Shown here one piece after another: positions 49,672-64,000 of a DNA stretch of 64,000 nt. Location: assembly GCF_009914755.1 (NCBI RefSeq), contig NC_060933.1; one strand, written 5' to 3'. A program made the position numbers and the translations under genes. Position 1 is the first letter of the stretch. Every line of letters starts with the position of its first letter. The DNA is from the human T2T-CHM13v2.0 reference genome, Homo sapiens. Under the pieces are notes generated by a model. The model was not told the origin of the DNA. It saw only the letters and a program-made list of their open reading frames with translations, and ran no database searches.

Positions 49672-50135
49672 CTACAGGAAGAGATGGGTCAGCCGTTTTG
49701 GATCCTCATATGTCAAAGTGAATATCTGACTCCAGTTTGCAATGCTAACCTTATCCCTACACTTTGTCTATAGCACTGACCTTGGGTTCCAATACTGACC
49801 TCCTGACCTTAGGTTCTACTGTTAAGTTGCTGATACCCAATATTTCCTCCTTAACATCGACTTCTTACTCATTACTTCAAGCTCTGAACCAACGCCTTTG
49901 GCTGTAAGCCCACTGCCAACCTGTAACCCTTCAATACCGGCCTCCTAGCCCTCTCTTAAGGTCCTCTGTCCTTACCACCTTTGACTGCTCCATGCCACTA
50001 GCTCCCCCTCGTGGTATGTGCCTGTCAGTGCACCGCGGAGCGTTCTCATCCCGTCTACCAGACATCCTCCCCCAGCCCCGCCTCACCAAGCCTTCAGGGT
50101 GCGTGTGCAAATGAGTGTGTGCGCGTTAGACTTAC

Positions 50136-50222
50136 CTAAGGTTCGGATATGGGTAGTATGACGGCGGGGGAGTTGTAACAGCACACTGCATTCCGGGCCG
50201 GTGCTCGTAGGGAGGTACACAT
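50136..50222 (-). CDS. SPMIP6: SPMIP6 exon MCTSLRAPARNAVCCYNSPAVILPISEP* (also open in the +1 frame)
   Basis: ttctccAG| acceptor; TAG stop is the last codon before |GTAAGT. Confidence 0.9.
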   Translation of the reverse strand: MCTSLRAPARNAVCCYNSPAVILPISEP

Positions 50223-51391
50223 CTGGAGAAGGAGGAAGCCGCGAGCATGGAGGGGTTGGGCCTTTTGACTCTCATTCCCCGATTTAGACCAAGCCCCTGG
50301 GCGGCGCTTCAGGTGTCCGTCCCAAGGCTCGGAAATCCTCCTCTCCTTCTTCCTCACCCTTCAAAACCCCCACTGCAGCACCGATTCGGGAACCCCCCTT
50401 GGAAGACTCCCTCCCGGCAAGGCCTCATTTCTGCCGTTGAGGAAAGAGCGCTGGACCCTGGGGAAGGTCGGGCTCCGGGCGTTGAGGACCTGGAACCACC
50501 GGATCCCCGCCACTGGACAGCAATTTCTCCAGCAGTAGGACGAGGCATCATTTCTGAGCTTCCTAGAGGCTCAGACACTTTCCCACTCCCCTATGCCCTT
50601 GAGAGGGATAAGACTCAGTCTTGCACAATGAATCAGGCTCTCTCGGCCTGGAGAGGGGCGGGGGATCACTATGGACCCCCACTGCACAGCTCTCTGGGCT
50701 ACCGCGGACAAAGTTCTCCCAGGCTTGGCTGCCGCCGCGTGCAGGACGAATGCCGAGCTGCAGTCTGGGCTCCAGCTGTGCGCTCGGGCCTCAGTTTTCT
50801 TAGCAGTAACACGCGAGGGTGCCTACCTCCGCAGGTGGTGCGGGATCCGAGGAGGCCAGAGCCATTCTGGTAAAGTGGTCACCATTTCCCGGCTCACGTA
50901 GCCCCCAGGAATGACCGCACCCACTACCGACGGTGACGGGGGACCAGCAAGAGAGGACATTTTTCTGAGAACGCAGGGCACTCCACAGGCTAGAACCTGC
51001 GTCTCTAGGGCCAGGAGTCCAGGAAAGGGGGCAGGGCCAAGGAGATGGGGGAAGAGGATGCGACTGATGTGCGGGGTTTCTTCCTCAAAAACCCTCTGAC
51101 GGGACCTCCAGAGCATATAGAGAGGCCAGGTTGACCTTGAGCCCAGTTTGAGAGGGACAGGGGTCGGGGACTTGGAGTAACCTTCGTGCTGGTTCTCCCG
51201 CCTCAGTTGTTAGTTCAGGCCTTGGAGCCCGAGGGCGGGACACGGCAGGGCCTCGAGAGCGTGCAGCGCGGGGCTAGAGCAGGCTGGGGGCCTGCACGGA
51301 AGCTGGCCGGGCTGGAAGGGGGCGGGGTTCTGGGGCGGGGCTTGTGTGGGGTGGAGCCCGGCTGAGGCGGGCGGAGCCCTGCGAACCTTAC

Positions 51392-51621
51392 AGTCGGTTG
51401 CTCCCGGCACCAAGGCCGCAGGCGGCGGTCGGTGCAGGGCGCCCCGCTGGCGTAGTAGTCCATCCCGCGCAGACAGTAGTGGCGGCCCGAGCAAGCACTT
51501 TCGTAACCATGGAAGGGCAGGCGGCCGGGCAGCGGGTCCACGCACCCGCATCGGGGCGTGATCCGCGGCAGCTGCTGGTTCCGCGACAGTGAGTTCAGCA
51601 TGTTCACCATCACTTCGCGCT
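51392..51621 (-). CDS. SPMIP6: SPMIP6 exon EREVMVNMLNSLSRNQQ...PWCREQPT
   Basis: 230 nt, inside ORF 51215..51814; donor ACT|GTAAGG. Confidence 0.92.
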
Positions 51622-51858
51622 CTGCTCCCGCGGGTCCCCAGCGCAGGAGACCCAAAGACAGATGCACAGGGATGGGAAGAGGCAGAGTCACGGACAGAGT
51701 GAGGCGGAGACAAAAGCCAGGACGGATAGATTCAGGGTTCCACCCTCTCCAGGACCCTCGGCCTCCTCCCCGTCCTTCAGGTACCCATCCCGCCCTCCTC
51801 CCGGCCTTCCCCAACCCTCTCCACCCGTTCTTTCCAACGCCCCACTACCACTCTTTAC

Positions 51859-51934
51859 CGTAGGCATTGAGCCGCTCCGGCCTAGGAGGGCATTCCAAGG
51901 GCATTCCTCGAACTGCTGTCTCCATCCTGGCCTC
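51859..51934 (-). CDS. SPMIP6: SPMIP6 exon EARMETAVRGMPLECPPRPERLNAY
   Basis: ttccAG| and G|GTAAAG; 76 nt; contains an AGGATGG internal start. Confidence 0.92.
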
Positions 51935-52086
51935 CTGGAAGCGGCACACATGCTACCTCAAGCTCTGACCTGGCAGAGCTGCTCCCTTTTAGGGGTCCTC
52001 CCAGAACACCCAGACCTATCGCCACGCCGCAACTTCTCCCGCCCTTCAGCAGCTCCCCACCTCTCCAGGGCTCTGTGTTGGCGGCT

Positions 52087-52099
52087 GTCACCGGGCAAC
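52087..52099. promoter_or_regulatory. SPMIP6: RFX X-box GTCACCGGGCAAC; candidate internal SPMIP6 promoter
   Basis: Matches GTNRCC-N-RGYAAC; GC box ~52117; 150 nt upstream of the exon carrying METAVRG. Confidence 0.65.
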
Positions 52100-52810
52100 G
52101 CTTTTACATCGCCAACAGGGGCGGGGTGGGGTAGGAAGGGCTGAAGGTGGATGGGGTTTGGCTCCTGGGCCTGTGACAACCCTGTCTCAGCGTTTGCCTT
52201 TGATTTTACCCCTCTTTGTCTAGCTGACTCTGTTTAGCTGTGTCTGGGTGTCTCTCTAATAGGGGGTTTTCAATATTGCTTGTCATTCCGGAGAACTTGT
52301 GAAAGATTCGATTCTTGAGGAAGTTCTAATTCAAAAGGGTTCCATCAACCCAGGGTCAGCCATCAGCCTGCAGTTAAGAGCCCCGGCTCTGGTTTTGGGT
52401 CCTCTCAGGTGCCCTTGAGTTTGCGGCCGTGGCTGGACCTTCTCCTATGTCCTTGGAAGACTCTCCTGTATCTGCACTGCTATTGAGTAGCCTTAGTCTT
52501 TCTCCTTCCGTCTGTGCTCACATCACAAAGGAGGAGAAGGTGGAGCAGGGAGATTCATTGTATCACTGACTCCTTGGCTAGCCCCAGTATCACAGAGGCC
52601 AGACTATATGGGGAGGGGCCAGCTGGCAAGCTTCGGAAAGGTAGTATATCAAGGAGTGCACACCAGCCATGTCCCTACAGAGCCCAGCCAGGGATTGGAG
52701 CCCAGGGCACCCAATCCCCAGAGATTGAGAGCCAGGGGCCCAGCACAGCCCTACTTTTGGGTTCCTTTTTCAACTAAAAAAATTCAAACCCGGCCAGGTG
52801 CAGTGGCTCA

Positions 52811-53071
<261 letters not shown>

Positions 53072-53243
53072 CTAAAAAAAAAAAAAAATACAAACTCTAG
53101 TTTCACAGATGCGGAAGAGCTCTGGGGCATTTGTTGGGAAAGCAATGAGGACCTAATGGTGAAATATCAGTCACTGTAGTTTGGGAGGTGGTGGGGTATG
53201 CGTGTCCCAGTCCCCAGGCGTCTGTGCTGGGTGCAACAGATAC

Positions 53244-53359
53244 CTTAGGCAGCCGAGGAAGGTAGGTGGTATACTTGTTGCAGCAGCTGCTGTTGTAAGG
53301 TTCCATCCTCCATGTGTTGTACCAGTCACTGCCCAGGTAGTTTGGGCTGCATTTGTCTG
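53244..53359 (-). CDS. SPMIP6: SPMIP6 exon ADKCSPNYLGSDWYNTWRMEPYNSSCCNKYTTYLPRLPK
   Basis: CAGCAG (NAGNAG) acceptor, AAG|GTATCT donor, 116 nt, phases fit neighbours. Confidence 0.92.
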
Positions 53360-54099
53360 CTGGATAATAGGGGTGGAGATGTCAAATAGTGTTACTTCTT
53401 ACTCTACTCCAGGATCTGAGATCCCCTACATGTTTCTCTTCCGATTCCCAGCACAAAGCTGACCCTCACAGACTGTCCTCAAGCCAGAGACCCCAAGCCC
53501 AGCCGGGCCTACACTTGTCTTAAACACTGAGATGCAGCCCATGTCCCATCTAAGGCAACCTTCTGAGTTTAGTCTGGATCCACTGTGCCAGCCACTTTTC
53601 ATCCTGCCACTACCCTTTTTGAATCAGCCAGCCTGGACAAGGAGCCTCTTCCCAATTCCTCCCTCTCTCTCATCTTCTACTCTAGGCTCTAAGGTTTGCC
53701 TATTCTGCCTCCTTCAAAATCACTCGAATCTGGCCAGGCAAGGTGGCTCATGCCTGTAATCCTAGCACTTTGGGAGGCCAGGGCAGGCAGATCACTTGAG
53801 GTCAGGAGTTCGAGACCAGCCTGGCCAACATGGCAAAATCCTGTCTCTACTAAAATACAAAAATTAGTTGGGCATGGTTGGTGTGCGCCTGTAAACCCAG
53901 CTACTCAGGGGGCTGAGGCATGAGAATAGCTCAAACCAGGGAGGCAGATGTTTCAGTGAGCCAAGGTCATGCCACTGCACTCCAGCCTGGGTGACAGATC
54001 AAGACTCAGTCTCAATAAATAGATAAATAACTTGAATCTACTTCCTCTTCCAGTGCCCCATGATCTCACTTCCATATCTTTGCAGCACCTTAACCAGAA

Positions 54100-55320
54100 G
54101 ACAATATAATGTCTTGGTTAATAGATACCTATCTCTGCAGATAGACTGCTTGTGTTTAAATTTCAGTTTTACAATTATTATCTGTGTGACCCTGACTGAA
54201 TTAATTAATTTTGATGTGTCTCAGTTTCTCCAACTTTAAAATGGGGATAATAGTACCATTTACTTCACAGGGTTGCTGTGAGGTTTAAGTGAGTTAGTAT
54301 ATGTAAGACATTTAGAATGATGCTTGGCACATAAAAAACTATTATGATTATTCTACTGTTATCCTTGCCTCACCTTTGAAATCCTATAATCCAGCCTTGA
54401 CATAGCACCTGTGGTACTTTTCACAAATGAAAATTTGACCAAGACACCCTCCTACTTAAAACCCTATAGGGTTTGTCTGCCTTAGCCCCCAGTCACCTAA
54501 GCCTGTCCTACAAGGCCCTCCATGATCCAACAGTCTGAAAGAATACATATGCGAGACGGTGTGGAGGAAGCCCTAGCGAAGAGCAGCTGTCTGAGGGGAG
54601 GGGTGCAGTGCTGGGATTTGGAGTTCGGGGATGGCAGTTTGCACATACTGAAACTGAGGTGTTTGGGGACATCCAGATCAAGATGACTATAAGCATATGA
54701 AGAAGAGTGGAATTCTGATGAGAGGACAAATCTGGAAATTAGGATTTGAAGCTGTCAGTAATTAAAGGCTTGTGTTAAATCAAATGGCCTTGGAGGAGGA
54801 GCAAGGGGAGAAGAGGGTGCAGGATAACACCCTGAGGAACCCCATGTTTCCACAGTGGATGCACAGGAAAGGGAGGCATCAGAGAAGCTGAGGAGGAAGT
54901 TGTTTCAAGAAGTAGAGTGTGGTCATAGCCTGTGTGCTGGAGGATTAACATACAAAACAACATCAACAACAAAACGAGTAGAGAGTGGTCAGAAGAGTGC
55001 AATTCATTGGTCTAGGAGGGTAAAGGTCTCAGAGGGTAAAGACTGCAGAGTCCTGTGGATTTGGTAATCAGAGCCATGCAAGAGCAATTTATTGTTTCAT
55101 CATAGGAGATGCACATTCCCAACTTCCATTGGGAATTCTCAGTCCATTCAACAAAGACTTATGAAGCCTGGTGCTGTGCTCGATGGAGGGGCACAGCTGT
55201 GAATAAGACCAGACTCGGCTCTTTTCGAATGTACAGCCAGACAGATTATATTATATCCAAGCAAATGAGAAAGACAGTTTCTCATAAGGTATAAGAAAGG
55301 GTGAGGAAATAGAGACAGTG
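54100..55320. mobile_element. MIR (54100-54350) and L2-like remnants
   Basis: TCTCAGTTTC...AAAATGGGGATAATAGTACC MIR core; ACACCCTGAGGAAC L2-like segment. Confidence 0.6.
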
Positions 55321-55732
55321 AGTATGGACCATGTTTCCGAGAACCTAGGCTGTTGAGAACAGGAGCAAGAGATAATTTTTAGTTGGGAAGAAACTAGAGA
55401 AGGTTCCAGGTTGAGGGAAAGAGGTGTGGTGGGGCAGAGGGATGCAGGAGAGGTGGAGGGAGCTGATGGGAGCAGGATGGCTGGGAAGATGGGAGGAGAT
55501 GGTATCTGGAATGCACTTGGAGGGATCTGTCTGTGGGAGGTTAATCCTTTCTCCAACTCGCTAAGGATGGGACCCAGGGCCCTTCCAGGTTTTTTTTTCC
55601 ACCGACAAGAACCCCAAAAAGCAGGGCCTAGGTCATCTCCTCCAGGGCCAGGGTCAGGTCAGGTGGTTGGTGGAGGGGGTGGTTAGGGAAGAAATCTAGG
55701 TCATGGGTGGAGATAAAGTTGACATAGAATCA

Positions 55733-55912
<180 letters not shown>

Positions 55913-56127
55913 TCAGGAGGCTAAGGTAGGAAAATCACTTGAACCTGGGAGGTGGAAGTGGGTTGCAGTGAGCCGAGATCATGCCATTGCACCCAGACTG
56001 GGCAACAAGAGCGAAACTCCGTCTCAAAAAAAAAAAAAAAAAAAAAAAAAAGGATAGAGGTCACGATCCAGGTGGTTGGGTTCAGGTTGGGGGTCATTTT
56101 AGGGGTCAGCAAAGGGTGAGGCCTTAC

Positions 56128-56272
56128 CTTCCTCTTGAGAAAGCCAGTACTTCTCAGGCAAGTAGGGGTGGCCTGATATGGACCCCCTATAAGTGTAGTC
56201 CTGTACAGCACATTTGGCCATCTTCTGCAGGGCTTCGGGATCCACATGTCGCTCCATGGTATGAGTCAGACC
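56128..56272 (-). CDS. SPMIP6: C9orf24/SPMIP6 (SMRP1/CBE1) coding exon GLTHTMERHVDPEALQ...YWLSQEE
   Basis: ccAG|...G|GTAAG; 145 nt open frame matching the recalled SMRP1 sequence. Confidence 0.92.
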
Positions 56273-57594
56273 CTGGGCAAGGGGAGAGGAGAGAAGTGGT
56301 TAGGGGCACAGAGACCCCAGCCCTGGGGTCTTGCTGGAACTAGATCCAGCCTCTCTTGAGAAGGTCAGCCCAGGTGGGTCTCCCAACCCCCCTCCCCATG
56401 TCAGAGGGATTCCCATGCTAGCCTTGGCTCCTCTGCACAGTCCTCTTGTCTGAATTACCCTTTCCTCCTTTCTTTTCATCCAAGGCTAGGGCTTGGGGCC
56501 GAGCGGTGGCCTTACGTCAGAGTAGTTTTCTGACTTTCTCATTTCTGCCATTTCCTGGTGGGGAGCTCATGAAGGTCAGAGCTACATATACCTGTCCTTT
56601 TTCTCCTAGACTGTATGCTGCCTGGGAGCAGGGCTGGGTCTCTGCCAACAGTGCATCAGGCCCCAGTCTCAGAAAAGAGGGCTACCCTGGGAGCTGGCTG
56701 CCTTATGTAGGTGTCTTGGACAGGAAAGGCTCTCTGGGAATCTAGCATCTTAAAGAAAATGAAGGACAGTGCTGGAGGGGCACCTACTTTAAAATGTAAT
56801 TCCCGGCTGGGCGTGGTGACTCACACCTGTAATCCTAGCCCTTTGGGAGGCCGAGGCAGGCGGATCACGAGATCAAGAGATGGAGACTATCCTGGCTAAC
56901 ATGGTGAAATCCCGTCTCTACTAAAAATACAAAAATTAGCTGGGCATGGTGGCGAGCTCCTATAGTCCCAGCTACTCGGGAGGCTGAGGCAGGAGAATCA
57001 ACCCAGGAGGGAGAGGTTGCAGTGAGCTGAGATCGTGCCACTGCACTCCAGTCTGGCGACAGAGCAAGACTTCGTCTCAAAAAAAAAAAAAAAAAAGTAA
57101 TTTCCTGACTGCAACCTGGCCCTGATTCTGCTGTGGCTCTGGCCCTGACACCAGTGTTGCCTTTGACCCTGACCTTCAATTTGGCCTGGTCCTCACCCTA
57201 CCTTGACACTTTTCCTGTTCTTGGTCCAGGCCCTGGGCCCCTGTGCTTTTTGGGGTTCACCTCAACTTACCCTGTCACTTCTTGTCTGACTAGATCTGTG
57301 ACGCCTGGATCAGGGCCTCCCTTCGGGGCCCCTTTTTCCTCAGCTGAGGGCTGAATGACAAGTTAGTTGTAGACCCACAGGTATCTGCAGGCAGCTGGTC
57401 TGAAAAGGCAGCTGGGTCACAGGGGTGGGACACCCAGCAAAGTCAGATAGGGCTTCTTCCTCATAACGGGCAGTGAGGTGCTGGGACAGTGATGCTATCA
57501 CCCACACTTGATCCTTATGATTTTTTTTTTTTTTTTTGAGACAAAGTCTCACTCTGCCACCCAGGCTGAAGTGCAGTGATACCATCATGGCTGA

Positions 57595-57885
<291 letters not shown>

Positions 57886-58625
57886 TGACATTGTTCTGTG
57901 AGCAGCTCCTGCACAGTCACACTTCTACGTGGGTGGCGGGCAGAATATGGGAGATGTGGGTGCATGGGTCCCGTGACTCAGCATTTCTCCGAGCTTTACA
58001 CACACACACACACACCTGTGTACCCAGATACACCCATAGATGCACATATAGGTGTATATTCATACATACACACTCAGATACACCCACTTACACACTAAAC
58101 ACAGATACACACACACACAAACAAAACAGTCATTTAGAAGAATTCATAGACATCGTCAATTTTTCTGTTAGATGCTTTCCTCAGATGTTTCCTCTTTGTC
58201 TGCTCCTGTTGATAAGTAGGAGATTATAAAAGCTTATTGAAGGCTTTGAGCTGTGTGTAGGCTTTGTCCACCATCAGCATCACTGTAGGATGATCTCGTT
58301 GGACAATATTTTGCAAACTCTAATGTCAATATCTGTAGGTCTTTCCTCTTGGCTGATGAGATTCTTCAGAAAAGACTCCTTCAACCTTTGGCCTGAGGGT
58401 AATGACTTAGCTGCCAGTGTTCTGAGAATCTAGTGCTGAAGATTGCGCTGGGGATTTTAGCATTCAGTATATGGGGGTTCACTTGTTTTCAAAATGGTAC
58501 CCTGTCCTCAATTGGTATCCCCAGTCCTGAGGTCCTTGCCAAAAATTAGTCTCCTGACTTTAGCAGAGACAGAGGTGGGCAGTTACCCTGTGGCATGAAA
58601 TAGAAGGGGTGATTAGTGAGTTTAA

Positions 58626-58940
<315 letters not shown>

Positions 58941-59229
58941 TAACTGCTTCTTAACAGCTTTCAAATAATCCTTATTTTTGCCTTGGCCCTGTCCCATCCT
59001 CAGTTCCAGAGAAGACTAGGATTACCAGTTCCTGAGCCTTTTGAAAATTCTACAGTTTTAAGTTGAATTATGGCTTGGCTTTTCCATTGCTTGCTTTAGA
59101 TTCAGCTTTCTCCGATCTGCTAAGTCAGTTACTACTTATTTATCATCTTTTCCAGCTTCCAAAATTGTGTCGCCATTGCCTCTTCCTTCTCACTCTCCTT
59201 GTGAGTTTATCTCTTAAATATTCATTTAC

Positions 59230-62932
<3,703 letters not shown>

Positions 62933-62966
<34 letters not shown>
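62933..62966. repeat. (GT)n microsatellite
   Basis: About 17 perfect units. Confidence 0.95.
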
Positions 62967-62968
<2 letters not shown>

Positions 62969-63026
62969 AATCTGAAAATCTCTTTTGTCTGTTACTTTTT
63001 AGCTTACTCAGTTTTTTGTTATTGTA

Positions 63027-63625
63027 TCTGTATCAGTCAAATTTGGATCAGAGAAACCACTTTTAGTGATATAGCATAAGGGATTTACTTGAGAGATGAG
63101 ACTTTACACAATTGTGGATACTGGTTAAGAACTCTGCAAAGCTGTTGTCTTTGCATCTATTTTTAAGCCTGAAGTCAGTGGCTGGCATCAGGAAGCAGAA
63201 CTGGACATGAAGTGGGGAAGAGCAAGGACAAACTGGAACTCATGAGGAGAACAAAGTCGAATTTGCATCTGTCTCACTGCCTACAACAATGATGATATGG
63301 ATGGCCTTCAGGACAAGCTGGTGCCCTTTGCCATGGAATTGTACATACACCTGGCCCAGGACCCAGAGAGGTTGAAGGAGATCCAGTGGGAGCTAGAGGA
63401 GTTGTAGCCAAATGCTGCTCTATGGCAATAAGGTGAACTACTAAATCAGCAACATTGTGCATAAGGTGCCACAGTGCTTGGTACCCCACGTCAATCTTCA
63501 GAGGGTAAAAATGGCTGTTCTTTCATTTATTCTTTCCAAATATCATGCAGATTTCTCTCATGGCCAATTAGGAAACATTTAGGAAAGGGAATTCTTGCAA
63601 GTATAGTTCCAGCTAGTTGACAGTA
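63027..63625. mobile_element. Ancient LTR (MLT/ERVL-like)
   Basis: TGTATCAGTC...CAGAGAAACCAC start and ...AGTTGACA end typical of MLT LTRs. Confidence 0.45.
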
Positions 63626-64000
63626 CAAAACTATGTCTTATGCTCTCTTTAGAACAATGGGAGAATCTAGGAACACCTAACTCTGTCCTGTTCCAACTTA
63701 AATGATAGTTTTGTAATATTTTAGTTCTTCCTTTAAATATTACAGATTAAAAGCCATTATAATTATTTTCTATAGATAACGTTTGCTTAAATTTACCTCA
63801 TGTTTATCAGTTCCTTACCATTCCTTCTTGCATCTCAGACTTTCCTTCTGTGATCATTTTCCTTCTCCCCAGAGTATATCCTTTAGAAGTTCCTTTATTG
63901 TATATAGACCTGAGGGTAATAAACATTTTCATTGTTTTCCTGTAAATGTCTTATCTTTCCTTGGTTTTTGAAAGGATGACACTTCGAGAATTTTTTTTCT

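Larger units (their letters stand above)
50690..52150. promoter_or_regulatory. SPMIP6: Intragenic CpG island in SPMIP6
   Basis: Dense CpG and GC boxes. Confidence 0.7.

Noticed and set aside
50247-50873. 208-aa plus-strand ORF in an SPMIP6 intron
   Set aside because: GC-rich intronic sequence, non-ATG start, no domain

Overview
Human (primate) genomic DNA recognisable as 9p13.3. It holds all of NUDT2 (+ strand; Ap4A hydrolase, 147 aa from two coding exons plus non-coding leader exons) and all of MYORG/KIAA1161 (- strand; one 714-codon coding exon, GH31 glycosidase). It also holds the 3' six exons of C9orf24/SPMIP6 (- strand; first exon lies beyond the right edge). The rest is about 55 Alus, old L1/L2/MIR, a full-length THE1 provirus, DNA-transposon MITEs, a Y1 RNA pseudogene and a UTR-only retrocopy of unknown parent. 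There is no evidence of a new multi-gene system; almost all short ORFs in the track are Alu/L1 or GC-rich artefacts. Most interesting: (1) a splice-created strong-Kozak uORF plus a TAATG stop-start uORF that should disfavour the weak annotated MYORG ATG and favour Met35; (2) a dual-frame SPMIP6 exon switched by a 5-nt tandem donor, with an RFX X-box internal promoter; (3) mostly transposon-donated alternative poly(A) signals for MYORG; (4) a 57-bp x3 repeat at a NUDT2 leader exon; (5) a TSD-flanked 3'UTR retrocopy nested in an L1. Repeat boundaries and subfamilies were called by eye and are approximate.
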